A DNA stretch of 64,000 nt from Myxococcales bacterium (lineage in GTDB: Bacteria; Myxococcota_A; Bradymonadia; UBA7976; UBA1532): positions 2,135 through 66,134 of the forward strand of contig SHZC01000004.1 in the NCBI GenBank assembly GCA_009692505.1, given 5' to 3'. The notes below the pieces were generated by a model, which saw only the letters and a program-made list of their open reading frames with translations, did not search any database and was not told the origin of the DNA. The translations under genes and the position numbers were made by a program. Each line of letters starts with the position of its first letter. The stretch's first letter is position 1. Positions 1 through 9,437 of this stretch are shown here, one piece after another.

Positions 1-192
1 CAGCCCCACGGTCTGTTCCAAAACGCCGAGGTCGAGCCGCTCGCCGATCTCTCTGGCCTCGATGAGGTCTTCATCGTGATCGGGCCGACGGGTCTGACCT
101 CCGATGGCCTGGACCTTGAGCGTCCGGCCTCAAAGGGGTCCACGCCGTCGTTGGCCCCCGGTGGTCCCCTTCGCCCGCAGGGGCTCCCATGA
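1..192 (+). CDS. mreC: Rod shape-determining protein MreC, C-terminal fragment (5' end outside window)
   Basis: Frame 1 is open from base 1 to TGA 190-192, which overlaps the next ATG (ATGA). It lies directly upstream of mreD-mrdA-rodA. Identity rests mainly on synteny; only 63 aa of a Pro/Gly-rich tail are visible. Confidence 0.45.
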   Translation, partial: QPHGLFQNAEVEPLADLSGLDEVFIVIGPTGLTSDGLDLERPASKGSTPSLAPGGPLRPQGLP

Positions 193-695
193 GCGTGCTC
201 TTGGCCATTGTCGCCGGACTCTTCGCGCTGTGCGGGGACCTCTTTCTCCGTGAGGCGGCGGGCCTCGACGTCTATTCACCCGACTTCCTCGTCGTCGTCA
301 TCATGTGGATGGGGACCACCCGCACTTGGACGCAGGGGGCGATCATCGCGGCGGTCCTCGGCCTCTTCGCTGATGGTTTCGCGGGCAGCCCGCTCGGCAT
401 GCACATGCTTCACGCGCTCTTCCTTTTCTACCTGTCGAAGGCCACCTCGACGCGAGTCCTATTCCAAGGGTTCATCGGTCGGCTGCTCCTGGGCCTCTTG
501 GGGGGCATCGCCAGCCTCTTTCTCCTGGTCCTCCTCAGTCGCCTCGTGCTCGCCGAAGCCACGCTGGCACTGCGTATCAGCCACCTCATCGTGCCTCGCG
601 TGGTGGTCGTCGTGGTCTTCGTTCCGATCGGGTTTCCGATCATGGATCGACTCGAGGCGCTGTTCGTCCGTCAGCCTGATCGAGATCTGCTCTGA
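189..695 (+). CDS. mreD: Rod shape-determining protein MreD (polytopic membrane protein)
   Basis: 168-aa hydrophobic multi-helix protein located between the mreC tail and PBP2. Size and position are typical of MreD. Confidence 0.6.
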   Translation: MSVLLAIVAGLFALCGDLFLREAAGLDVYSPDFLVVVIMWMGTTRTWTQGAIIAAVLGLFADGFAGSPLGMHMLHALFLFYLSKATSTRVLFQGFIGRLLLGLLGGIASLFLLVLLSRLVLAEATLALRISHLIVPRVVVVVVFVPIGFPIMDRLEALFVRQPDRDLL

Positions 696-775
696 AGGCA
701 CTCTGAGGCAACTACGGGTTTTCGGCTGCGTCCCGGTTTGGTAGGGTCACGCGATTTCACGATGACCGGGACGCC

Positions 776-2698
776 ATGTCCGACGTCTACCTCGATTCCT
801 CCGCGCTCGGTTACCGTCTGCGTGCACGTCGCCTGATGGTGGTCGTGGGCTTGGTCTTCGCGGTCTTCATCGGTCGACTCGCGCAGCTCCAGGTCCTCGA
901 TGGGGGCGATATGTCGCAGGCCTCCCAAGCCAACTTCATCCGACCAGAGGCGCTCCCGGCCGACCGGGGCAACATCTTCGACCGGCAAGCACGCCCGCTC
1001 GCCCAGAATCGCGCGGCCTACGACCTCTACGTCACGCCGTCTCAGGTCAAGGATCTGCCGGCGCTGCTCGATGGCCTCGAGGAGGTGCTCGAGCTCGACT
1101 CGCTGGACCTTGAGCGGCTGCGCGAGAAGATCCAGGAGCCACGCGGCATCGCGCGTTACCAGCCCATTCGGGTCCGCCGAGACATCGATCGCGGACACGT
1201 CGCCCGCGCTCAGAGCCTTCGTGCCCAGATTGACGGCCTCTCGATCAAGGTCGAGCAGCAGCGGATGTATCCAGAGGCGCGGATCGGCGCTCACCTCATC
1301 GGCTACATGGGCCGAATGAGGCCCGAGGAGGTCGAAAGCGTCGGCGTCTCCGTTCGCCCCAACGCGATGACCGGGCGCTTCGGCCTTGAGTCGCGCTTCG
1401 ACGGCCTCCTCGCTGGCCGGGACGGCTACGAGAAGTACGTCGTCAACGCCCGAGGGGCCAAGGCCGCGGATCAGCGGGCCTTGGCGGCAGTGGATGAGGT
1501 CGTGCACGAGCCCGCGGTGCCTGGGAACGACCTCGTCTTGACCATCGACGCCGAGGTCCAGCGCATCCTCGTCTCCGCGCTGTCACGGTACGAATCGGGC
1601 TCCATCGTGCTCGTTGATCCCCGCGATGGCTCCATCCTCGGCATGGTCAGCAAGCCGGACTTCGACCCGAACCAATGGTCCGGTCGGCTCCCCCCCGAGG
1701 TCTACCAGGAGGTGGTCGAAAACCCCTTCAAGCCGATGATTGACAAGTCGGTCCACTCGTTTTTCCCGGGCTCCGTCTACAAGGTCGTCACGGCGCTCGC
1801 CGCGCTCGAGGAGGGCCTCATCGAGCCTGAGACCGAGGTCGATAGCCCCGGCACCTACGACTTCGGCAATCGCATCTTTCACTGTCACAAGCTCTCGGGG
1901 CACGGCAAGGTCAGCTTGACCGCCGCGCTCGCGGCCTCTGCCGACGTCTACTTCTACAAGCTCGGCGAGCGATTGGGCATCGACACCCCCGCGACGTACG
2001 CCCAGCGTTTTGGGTTCGGTCGCATCAGCGGCCTCGACATCAACGGCGAGTCACCCGGGCTCGTACCGACCCGCCAGTGGCACGAAGAGCACACCAGCAA
2101 CGGCTACCAGTTCGGGCTCGCGCTCTCGACGGCGATCGGGCAGGGCGATGTGCGAACGACGCCGGTTCAAATGGCGCTCGCGTATGCAGCACTGGCCAAT
2201 GGCGGCACGTTGTACGCGCCTCGGATCGTCAGCCGCGTGCAATCGCCGGATGGCAAGACGGTGGCCGCATACGGACCGCAGATCGTCGGACGGCTGGGCG
2301 CCGATCCGGTCCACCTCGCCGCCATCGTCGAGGGGCTCGAACGCGCGGTCTCTGATACCGAGATCGGCACCGGCCTCCTCGCCGGGATTCCGGGCGCGCG
2401 GGTGGCGGGCAAGACGGGCACGGCGCAGGTTCGCGACATCGAACGCCTTCGTTTCACCGACAAGGTCAAGGACTTCCGCGAGCGCGACCACGCCTGGTTC
2501 GCCGGGTTCGCGCCGGTCGAGTCGCCGCGCCTCGTCGTCGTGGTCTTCCTGGAACACGGCGGCACAGGCGGCAAGGAGGCCGCCCCGGTCGCCCGCCAAG
2601 TCATGCAGGCGTACAACGAACGCATCGAGCCCATCTTCAATACCCAGGCCGCGAACCGCCACGTGCCGCGCCGTCGCCTCGAACGAGGGGCCCCTTGA
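776..2698 (+). CDS. mrdA: Penicillin-binding protein 2 (elongasome class B transpeptidase)
   Basis: 640 aa with an N-terminal membrane anchor. SxxK motif (GSVYK), KTG motif (AGKTGTAQ) and PBP dimerisation-type N-domain are present. Followed by rodA. Confidence 0.9.
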   Translation: MSDVYLDSSALGYRLRARRLMVVVGLVFAVFIGRLAQLQVLDGGDMSQASQANFIRPEALPADRGNIFDRQARPLAQNRAAYDLYVTPSQVKDLPALLDGLEEVLELDSLDLERLREKIQEPRGIARYQPIRVRRDIDRGHVARAQSLRAQIDGLSIKVEQQRMYPEARIGAHLIGYMGRMRPEEVESVGVSVRPNAMTGRFGLESRFDGLLAGRDGYEKYVVNARGAKAADQRALAAVDEVVHEPAVPGNDLVLTIDAEVQRILVSALSRYESGSIVLVDPRDGSILGMVSKPDFDPNQWSGRLPPEVYQEVVENPFKPMIDKSVHSFFPGSVYKVVTALAALEEGLIEPETEVDSPGTYDFGNRIFHCHKLSGHGKVSLTAALAASADVYFYKLGERLGIDTPATYAQRFGFGRISGLDINGESPGLVPTRQWHEEHTSNGYQFGLALSTAIGQGDVRTTPVQMALAYAALANGGTLYAPRIVSRVQSPDGKTVAAYGPQIVGRLGADPVHLAAIVEGLERAVSDTEIGTGLLAGIPGARVAGKTGTAQVRDIERLRFTDKVKDFRERDHAWFAGFAPVESPRLVVVVFLEHGGTGGKEAAPVARQVMQAYNERIEPIFNTQAANRHVPRRRLERGAP

Positions 2699-3789
2699 AT
2701 CGGGCCATGGCCGGGGTCGCGCGGCTCGACTGGTCCCTCATCGTGCTCGTCCTCCTCTTGGGCGCGGTCGGGGTGCTCAACCTCCAGTCGACCTCGATGT
2801 CGTCGGGCAGCAACATCCACATGAAGCAGTTCTACTGGCTGATCGTGGGTGCGTTCGCGATGATCGCCACGGCCGTCGTCGACTATCGGCACCTCGATCG
2901 CCTCTCTCCGTTCCTGTACGGCGGCGCGGTCGTCCTGCTCGCGCTCGTTCTGGGCATCGGTAAAGAGATCAATGGGTCGCGCCGGTGGTTCGACTTCGGG
3001 CCGGTGAGCGTGCAGCCCTCCGAGCTCTCCAAGCTCGCCGTCATCGCCATGCTCGCCAGCTGGTTCAACCGGGTCCCGCGCCCGGCCGGTTACACGTTGC
3101 GCGACCTCATGCCCGTCGCCGGCATCCTCGCCATGCCCATGTTCCTCATCCTGCAGGAACCCGATCTGGGCCACACGCTCATGCTTATGTTCATTGGGTT
3201 CTCGATGCTCGCCTACGAGAAGTTTGATCGTCGCTCCTCGGTCACCCTGCTGACCGCAGCCGTCATAGCGACGCCTTTGATGTGGCGTTTCGTGCTGCGC
3301 GATTACCAGAAGGACCGGATCCTCACCTTGCTCGATGGCGAGGTCGACCGCCTCGGCGCGGGCTGGCACGCTCTCCAGGCCCGTGTGGCCGTCGGCAGCG
3401 GCGGGATCTTTGGCAAGGGCCATGGGCTCGGCACGCAGGTCGCGGGCGGCTTCCTCCCCGAGAACCACACGGACTTCGTCTTCGCGAACCTCGCCGAGGA
3501 ACACGGGCTCATCGGCGCCGGGTCCGTCTTGCTCGTCTATCTGCTGCTGGTCGTCGGGGCCCTCCGGGTGGCCAGCCACGCCCGCGACAAGTTTGGTGGG
3601 CACGTCGCCGTGGGGGTCGCCGCGTTGATCTTCTGGCAGGTGTTCATGAACATCGGCATGGTACTCAACCTCTTGCCGGTGACCGGCGTTACCCTTCCCC
3701 TCATGAGCTATGGTGGCTCGTCCGTCCTGACCGTCATGGTCGCGATCGGACTCCTCGTGAACATCAATGTGCGTCGAACGGTGTTCTAG
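2695..3789 (+). CDS. rodA: Peptidoglycan glycosyltransferase RodA (SEDS/FtsW-RodA-SpoVE family)
   Basis: 364-aa polytopic protein with SEDS-type sequence (…GAGWHALQARVAVGSGGIFGKG…TDFVFA…LPLMSYGGSS). The TTG start overlaps the mrdA stop (TTGA). An alternative ATG lies at 2707. Confidence 0.9.
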   Translation: MNRAMAGVARLDWSLIVLVLLLGAVGVLNLQSTSMSSGSNIHMKQFYWLIVGAFAMIATAVVDYRHLDRLSPFLYGGAVVLLALVLGIGKEINGSRRWFDFGPVSVQPSELSKLAVIAMLASWFNRVPRPAGYTLRDLMPVAGILAMPMFLILQEPDLGHTLMLMFIGFSMLAYEKFDRRSSVTLLTAAVIATPLMWRFVLRDYQKDRILTLLDGEVDRLGAGWHALQARVAVGSGGIFGKGHGLGTQVAGGFLPENHTDFVFANLAEEHGLIGAGSVLLVYLLLVVGALRVASHARDKFGGHVAVGVAALIFWQVFMNIGMVLNLLPVTGVTLPLMSYGGSSVLTVMVAIGLLVNINVRRTVF

Positions 3790-3819
3790 CCGTCGAACTC
3801 GCCCTCGACCGTTTCTACA

Positions 3820-4167
3820 GTGGAGAATCTCATGGCCGCCTCTTACGTAAACGCGAACGACAACAACTTTCAGGCGGAGGTCCTCGACAGCGACCTCCCG
3901 GTGCTCGTTGACTTTTGGGCACCCTGGTGCGGGCCGTGCCGGGCCATCGGGCCTCACGTCGAGTCTCTGGCGGCCGAGTGGGTCGGCAAGGTCAAGGTCG
4001 TGAAGGTCAACGTCGACGAGTCGCCTCAGACGTCCATCAAGTACGGCATCCGGAGCATCCCCGCGCTGATGGTCTTCAAGGGCGGCGAGGTCAAGAACAC
4101 CAAGGTCGGCGCGCCCACCTCCAACGTCAAAGGCGCCCTCACGGAGTTCGTGACGTCGGTCATCTGA
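3820..4167 (+). CDS. trxA: Thioredoxin
   Basis: 115 aa with the canonical WCGPC active site ([12 protein letters not shown]) and a thioredoxin-length fold. Confidence 0.9.
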   Translation: MENLMAASYVNANDNNFQAEVLDSDLPVLVDFWAPWCGPCRAIGPHVESLAAEWVGKVKVVKVNVDESPQTSIKYGIRSIPALMVFKGGEVKNTKVGAPTSNVKGALTEFVTSVI

Positions 4168-4175
4168 CCGCCGCT

Positions 4176-4802
4176 GTGACGACCTTTCCGATCCAACTCC
4201 GCGTCGCGGGTCGCCGCGTGGTCGTCGTCGGGGCGGGCTCGGTCGGTCGACGTCGGGCCGCTTCCCTGCTCGAGAGCGGCGCGCGCCTCAGGTGGGTCGC
4301 GCCCGACGTGCCGACCTCGAGCGATGGTCAGTGGGAGGCTGTCGCCGCCCCGTTTGAAGAGGCCCACCTCGACGATGTGGACTTGGTGTTGGCGTGCGCG
4401 ACGAGAGCGGTCAACCATCGTGTCGTCGAAGCGAGCCATCGGCGCGGCCTGCTCGCAGGGGACGCCACGGGCTCCGAGGACAGCGACTTCGAAGTGCCCG
4501 CCTGTCTTCGCCAAGGGCCGCTGCTCCTGACGCTGTCGACGAGCCCGAGCGCCCCGGCCGCGACGGCTCGCCTCAGGCGCGCGCTTCTCGACCTCGTCCC
4601 CTCGTACTGGTCGACGTTCGTCAGCGTGCTGCAGGAAGTTCGTGGTGCGCGGCCCGCGGGTGCCGATCGTCGAGCCCTGCTTCAAAGGCTGGCGAACGGT
4701 CCGATCCTCGATATCCTCGCGACCCATGGCGAGCCGGCGGCGCGAGCCTACTTGGCCTCGGTTCTCTCACAGGATGTCACGACCGCGGAGCCGCCCTTAT
4801 GA
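4176..4802 (+). CDS. Precorrin-2 dehydrogenase / sirohydrochlorin ferrochelatase-like protein (SirC / CysG N-terminal type)
   Basis: Rossmann motif VVVVGAGSVGRRRA, then …ACATRAVNHRV… and …LTLSTSPSAPAATARLRRAL…, typical of siroheme synthase N-domains. The start is uncertain (GTG 4176 or CTG 4164). The 3915 start in the ORF track overlaps trxA and is rejected. Confidence 0.7.
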   Translation: MTTFPIQLRVAGRRVVVVGAGSVGRRRAASLLESGARLRWVAPDVPTSSDGQWEAVAAPFEEAHLDDVDLVLACATRAVNHRVVEASHRRGLLAGDATGSEDSDFEVPACLRQGPLLLTLSTSPSAPAATARLRRALLDLVPSYWSTFVSVLQEVRGARPAGADRRALLQRLANGPILDILATHGEPAARAYLASVLSQDVTTAEPPL

Positions 4803-5578
4803 CCCACGTCCTCTTGCCCGCGGCCGTCGCCCTCTTCGGCCTGAGCACGGCGTTTTATCTCGCCGCCCTGTGGTCCTCCCGACCCGCGCTGCTGCGCATT
4901 GGACACGCAGTACTTGGCCTCACCCTGCTGGTCGCCGCGGGGGCCGTCTTCGCGCTCGTCGGGGACGCGCTCGAGGGCACCTATACCCAGGTCGGGCTCG
5001 TCGTCTCCGCCTTGGTCTTGGGCGCCGTGTACCTCGTCCTGACCCGTCGTTACCCCGTCGCGGGGCTCGGCAGCTTCGTCTCGGCGCTCGCCACGCTCCT
5101 CGTGCTCTTCGCATTCCTCGGAGGACAAGCCGCGCCGTCACCGACCCCCACCGTCCTCGATGGGCTCTTGCGCGTTCACATCGTCCTCGCCTTCGTCGGC
5201 GTCACGGCCTTTGGCTTCTCGACCTCCGTCTCGGTCGTCTACCTCATGCAAGCCCGGCTGCTGAAGCAGAAGTCGAACGTCGAGCTTCGTCGCCGCCTGC
5301 CGCCGCTCGACGTGCTCGACCGGCTGGCACTCAAGGGCATCGTCTTAGGCTTTCCCTTCTATACGGTGTCCATCCTCCTCGGCAGCGCCTATGCGATCCG
5401 CACCGACCACCTGCGCGCCTCCTACGTCTTGGCCATCGTCTCCTGGGCCATCTACGGGGTCGTGCTTCAGGCGCGCCTCACAGCGGGCTGGCGGGGCCAA
5501 CGCGCGGCGGTCTTGACCACGGCGGGCTTGCTCGTGGTCCTCGGCGCCGTGGCGCAGTACAGCTTCGGGGTCGGCTGA
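4799..5578 (+). CDS. CcsA/HemX-like cytochrome c assembly family membrane protein
   Basis: 259-aa polytopic protein. ATG 4799 overlaps the upstream stop (ATGA). Its position immediately upstream of hemA is as in hemX/ccsA-like genes. Confidence 0.55.
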   Translation: MTHVLLPAAVALFGLSTAFYLAALWSSRPALLRIGHAVLGLTLLVAAGAVFALVGDALEGTYTQVGLVVSALVLGAVYLVLTRRYPVAGLGSFVSALATLLVLFAFLGGQAAPSPTPTVLDGLLRVHIVLAFVGVTAFGFSTSVSVVYLMQARLLKQKSNVELRRRLPPLDVLDRLALKGIVLGFPFYTVSILLGSAYAIRTDHLRASYVLAIVSWAIYGVVLQARLTAGWRGQRAAVLTTAGLLVVLGAVAQYSFGVG

Positions 5579-6852
5579 TGGAGCTTCTGGTTCTCGGGCT
5601 GTCGCACAAGACGGCGCCGGTCTCGATTCGCGAGCAGTACGCGCTGGCCGATGAGGCCTTGGTCGCCGCCGCCTCGCGGGCTCGAGAGGTCGCCGGCTGT
5701 CGGGAGTCCTTCGTCGTCTCGACGTGCAATCGCGTCGAGCTGTGGACGGCCTGCGACGACGCCGCGCAGACCCGCGCCGAGCTCATCTTGGCCTTCGCGG
5801 AGGTCGGTCGCACGCACGCCGTTCAGCTCACGCCCCACCTCTATGTGCATCACGGGCAGGCCGCCCTCCTGCACCTCTTTCGGGTGGCCTCGAGCCTGGA
5901 CAGCCTCGTAGTCGGTGAGCCCCAGATCCTCGGTCAGCTCAAGGCGGCGTACGAGCACTGCCGGATCGGCGGCGTGACCGGGCCTTCTTTGCACCGCGCC
6001 ATCGAGCGGGCCTTCGCCGTAGCCAAGCGGGTCCGCAGCGAGACCGGCATCGGCAAGTCGGTGGTCTCGATCAGCAGCGTCGCGGTCGATCTGGCCCGGC
6101 AGATCTTCGACAGCCTCGATCGATGCACCGTGCTCCTGGTCGGCGCGGGCAAGATGGGGGAGCTCGCCGCCCGGCACTTTCGGCGACACGGGGCCCACGA
6201 GCTGCTCGTCGCCAACCGCAGCTTCGATCGCGCCCGGGCTGTGGCCGAAGCCCTTGGGGGCCACCCGCGCGGCCTCGACGAGCTCGAGAGCCTGCTTGTT
6301 CAAGCAGACATCGTCGTCACGTCCACGGGCGCGCCGGGTTATTTGGTCACGGCCGCCATGGTCCGCCGCGTCGTCAAGGCGCGCAAATATCGCCCGCTCT
6401 TCTTCATCGACATCGCCGTGCCTCGGAACGTCGATCCGGTCATCAATTCGCTCGACAACGTCTACGTCTACGATGTCGATGACCTCTCAGGCATCGCCAA
6501 TGAGAACCTCGCGGGCCGGCACCGTGAAGCCTTTGCCGCCGAGACGCTGGTCGCCGCCGAGGCCTCTCGGTATCAAAGCGACCTCTCGGGGCACGCGATC
6601 GCCCCGACCCTCGCCGCGCTGCGTCGGCACGCGGACACCGTGCGCGACGCTGAGCTCGAGCGCGCCTCGAAGCGGTTAGGCGGCCTAGACGAGAAGCAGC
6701 GCAAGGCGGTCGAGCAGCTCGTTGACGGCGCGATGAACAAGCTGCTTCACGATGTCTTCAGCACGCTGAAGGACGCGGCACGAACCGATGACGGCGCAGA
6801 GCTGGTCGCCGCAGCTCGCCGACTCTTTCGACTGGATGAGAGCAAGGAATGA
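5578..6852 (+). CDS. hemA: Glutamyl-tRNA reductase
   Basis: N-terminus MELLVLGLSHKTAPVSIREQ…, catalytic-Cys segment VVSTCNRVE and NADPH-binding LLVGAGKMGE. The ATG overlaps the upstream stop (5576-5580). Confidence 0.9.
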   Translation: MELLVLGLSHKTAPVSIREQYALADEALVAAASRAREVAGCRESFVVSTCNRVELWTACDDAAQTRAELILAFAEVGRTHAVQLTPHLYVHHGQAALLHLFRVASSLDSLVVGEPQILGQLKAAYEHCRIGGVTGPSLHRAIERAFAVAKRVRSETGIGKSVVSISSVAVDLARQIFDSLDRCTVLLVGAGKMGELAARHFRRHGAHELLVANRSFDRARAVAEALGGHPRGLDELESLLVQADIVVTSTGAPGYLVTAAMVRRVVKARKYRPLFFIDIAVPRNVDPVINSLDNVYVYDVDDLSGIANENLAGRHREAFAAETLVAAEASRYQSDLSGHAIAPTLAALRRHADTVRDAELERASKRLGGLDEKQRKAVEQLVDGAMNKLLHDVFSTLKDAARTDDGAELVAAARRLFRLDESKE

Positions 6853-7808
6853 CGACTCAAACTCTAAGAATCGGGACCCGTGGCTCGGCGCTCGCCTTGT
6901 GGCAGGCGGAAGCCGTCGGGAGTCTCCTCACGCGCGCTCACCCTGACCTTCGGGCCCACAACGTCATCTTCAAGACCGCCGGTGATCGTTTCCTCGATCG
7001 CCCGCTCGCGGATCTCGGCGGCAAGGGGCTCTTCACGCGCGAGCTCGAGGACGCGCTCTTGGCTGGTGAGATTGACCTCGCCGTTCACAGCCTCAAAGAC
7101 GTGCCCACCTCGCGACCGCCAGGCCTCGTCATCGGCGCCATCCCCAAGCGGGGCGATGTTCGGGACTGCATCGTGACGAGGGCGCTGCCCGAAGGGGGCG
7201 CGCCTCCCTTGCCGGAGTCGCCCGGAAACGTCGGGACGGCGAGCCTTCGTCGAGCCTGTCTGTCCCTCCGCCGCTGGCCTTCGGCTCGCATCGAGCCCAT
7301 CCGGGGCAATGTGCAGACCCGTTTGGAGCGCGTGCTCTCGACTGAGGATGCCCGGCGCTGCGATGTGGTTGTCCTGGCGATGGCCGGCCTGCTTCGGCTC
7401 GAGCTCACCGACCGCAAAGATATGGACTTCCTGCCGCTCAACCCCGAGCACTGGATCCCGGCCGTGGGGCAGGGGGCACTGGCGATTGAGTGTCGCGCCG
7501 ACAACTTCGCCGTGCGCGACAGGCTCAAGGTCCTTCACCACGCGGACAGCGAGACGTGCGTGCTCGCTGAACGCGCGTTCCTCCGCGGCGTCGAAGGGGA
7601 CTGCCGCGTGCCCGTCGGCGCGTACGCGACCATCGATCGGGAACGCCTCCGCCTGCGCGCGTTCGTCGGCTCTCCCGATGGGCGGGACTTCATCGACGCC
7701 ACGCTCTTCGGTGACGAGCCGCTTGCCCTCGGCGAGAGCATGGCGGTCTCGCTCCTCGGTGCTGGCGGAGCAGAGATCCTGCGAGCGGTGCGCGCGGCGC
7801 GATCGTGA
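6849..7808 (+). CDS. hemC: Hydroxymethylbilane synthase (porphobilinogen deaminase)
   Basis: LRIGTRGSALALWQA…, SLKDVP, GNVQTRL and a C-terminal Cys-containing domain (GDCRVPVGAYA). ATGA overlap with hemA. Confidence 0.9.
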   Translation: MTTQTLRIGTRGSALALWQAEAVGSLLTRAHPDLRAHNVIFKTAGDRFLDRPLADLGGKGLFTRELEDALLAGEIDLAVHSLKDVPTSRPPGLVIGAIPKRGDVRDCIVTRALPEGGAPPLPESPGNVGTASLRRACLSLRRWPSARIEPIRGNVQTRLERVLSTEDARRCDVVVLAMAGLLRLELTDRKDMDFLPLNPEHWIPAVGQGALAIECRADNFAVRDRLKVLHHADSETCVLAERAFLRGVEGDCRVPVGAYATIDRERLRLRAFVGSPDGRDFIDATLFGDEPLALGESMAVSLLGAGGAEILRAVRAARS

Positions 7809-9328
7809 GCGCGATCGGCTACGTCTACCTCGTCGGCGCGGGCCCTTGGGACCCAGGTCTGTTGACCGTCCGTGGGCGAGAGCTTTTGCAACGGGCCGAC
7901 GTCGTGGTGCAGGACTACCTCGTCAACCCCGAGCTCGTCGTCGGGCTGCGGGCAATCGTCGAGATCATCCGCGTCGGGGACCCGGGCTCGCGTCTGGAAC
8001 AGGCCGAGATCAACGCGCTGCTTGTCGACCGGGCTTCACGGGGCAAGGTCGTCGTGCGGCTCAAAGGCGGGGATCCGTTCGTCTTCGGGCGGGGGGGCGA
8101 GGAGGCCCTCGCGCTCGCTCAGGCCGGTGTGCCCTTCGAGGTGGTCCCGGGCGTCACCGCCGCCATCGCTTGCGCGTCGTATGCCGGCATCCCGGTCACC
8201 CACCGGGGGCATGGGGCGACGGTGGCCTTCTGCACGGGCCACGAGGCGGGCGAGAAAGACGGGGGGGCCGTCGACTGGGCGGCCCTCGCCCGGATACACA
8301 CCGTCGTCTTTTACATGGGCGCCCGAAACCTCGGCCGCATCGCGCTTCGCCTGATCGAAGCCGGTCGGGACCGCGAGACCCCGGTCGCGCTCGTCCGGTG
8401 GGCGACGCGGCCCGATCAACAGACCCGGATCTCCACGCTCGGTGCCTGCGCGGACGCCGATCTCGAGACGCAGGTCGAGCCCCCCGCCATCGCCATCGTC
8501 GGCGATGTGGTCAACCTCCGCGAGACGATCGGCTGGTACGAGCAGCGCCTCCTCCACGGCCTTCGAGTCGTCGTCACGCGCAGCGCCGCTCAACAAGGCC
8601 CGCTCTCGGAGCGATTGAAAGAGCTGGGCGCGGAGGTCCTTCAGGTGCCCACGGTGGCCTTCGTGCCGCCGAAGGACTGGGCCGCGGTCGATCAGGCGCT
8701 CGCTTCGGTTTCGACCTACGACTGGGTGATCTTCACGAGCGCGAACGGCGTCGACGCGACGTTCGATCGCCTTCGTCAGCTTGGTCGGGATCCACGGGCC
8801 TTTGGCTCGGCGCGGATCGGGTGCGTCGGACCGGTGACCGCCCGAAGGCTCGATGAGCGCGGCATGGTCGCCGACTGCGTGCCCGAGACCTTCATCGCCG
8901 AGGGGCTGGCCGACTGTCTGAATGGGGCCCTCAAGCACGAGGGCGTCAAGGGTCGCCGCTACCTCATCCTCCGGGCGGAGGTCGCGCGGGATACGCTGCC
9001 GGACACGCTGCGGGCCTTGGGGGGCCACGTCGACGTCGTGCCCGTCTACACCACGGTCGCCGTCCCCCCGGAGGTTGGCCTCAGCGGCCGTTTGAAGGCC
9101 GCGGACTTCGACGTCGTCACCTTCACTGCTTCGTCCACGGTCCGTCACTTCGCCGAGTGGTTCACGGCAGAGGAGCTCGCGTTTGTGCAGTCGCGCGTCC
9201 AAGCCGTCTGCATCGGCCCGGTGACCGCCGCGACCGCCGCCGAGCTGGGCTTTGTCGTCGCCGCGACCGCCGAGATCTATACCGTGCCCGGCTTGGTCGA
9301 CGCGCTGGTCTCGATCCGCCGGGCCTGA
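7805..9328 (+). CDS. Bifunctional uroporphyrinogen-III C-methyltransferase / uroporphyrinogen-III synthase (CobA-HemD fusion)
   Basis: The N-terminal half carries SAM-methyltransferase motifs (YLVGAGPWDPGLLTVRG, RLKGGDPFVFGRGGEE, VPGVTAA). The C-terminal half is HemD-like (VVVTRS…, WVIFTSANGV). GTGA overlap with hemC. Confidence 0.85.
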   Translation: MSAIGYVYLVGAGPWDPGLLTVRGRELLQRADVVVQDYLVNPELVVGLRAIVEIIRVGDPGSRLEQAEINALLVDRASRGKVVVRLKGGDPFVFGRGGEEALALAQAGVPFEVVPGVTAAIACASYAGIPVTHRGHGATVAFCTGHEAGEKDGGAVDWAALARIHTVVFYMGARNLGRIALRLIEAGRDRETPVALVRWATRPDQQTRISTLGACADADLETQVEPPAIAIVGDVVNLRETIGWYEQRLLHGLRVVVTRSAAQQGPLSERLKELGAEVLQVPTVAFVPPKDWAAVDQALASVSTYDWVIFTSANGVDATFDRLRQLGRDPRAFGSARIGCVGPVTARRLDERGMVADCVPETFIAEGLADCLNGALKHEGVKGRRYLILRAEVARDTLPDTLRALGGHVDVVPVYTTVAVPPEVGLSGRLKAADFDVVTFTASSTVRHFAEWFTAEELAFVQSRVQAVCIGPVTAATAAELGFVVAATAEIYTVPGLVDALVSIRRA

Positions 9329-9340
9329 GATTCGGCCGGC

Positions 9341-9366
9341 GACCGGGCTCATTCGTCCGGTCTTTC
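9341..9366 (+). terminator. Weak candidate intrinsic terminator after the tetrapyrrole operon
   Basis: GACCGG (9341-9346) pairs with CCGGTC (9357-9362) and is followed by TTT. The stem is short and the U-tract is short. Confidence 0.2.
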
Positions 9367-9437
9367 CGGCAATTCTGGTTGCATTGGACGGCTGCCGTGC
9401 GGCAGAAGTCGGGGCCTTATGCTTTGGGGGGGGACCG

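Noticed and set aside
9392-9405. 14-bp perfect palindrome CTGCCGTGCGGCAG upstream of the modular lipoprotein gene (possible operator)
   Set aside because: It is a single occurrence with no recognisable promoter elements around it. It cannot be distinguished from chance in GC-rich DNA without comparative data.
9252-9437. Upstream start (9252) for the modular lipoprotein, overlapping the cobA-hemD 3' end
   Set aside because: It adds a Pro/Arg-rich leader before an obvious signal peptide and lipobox that begins at ATG 9438.
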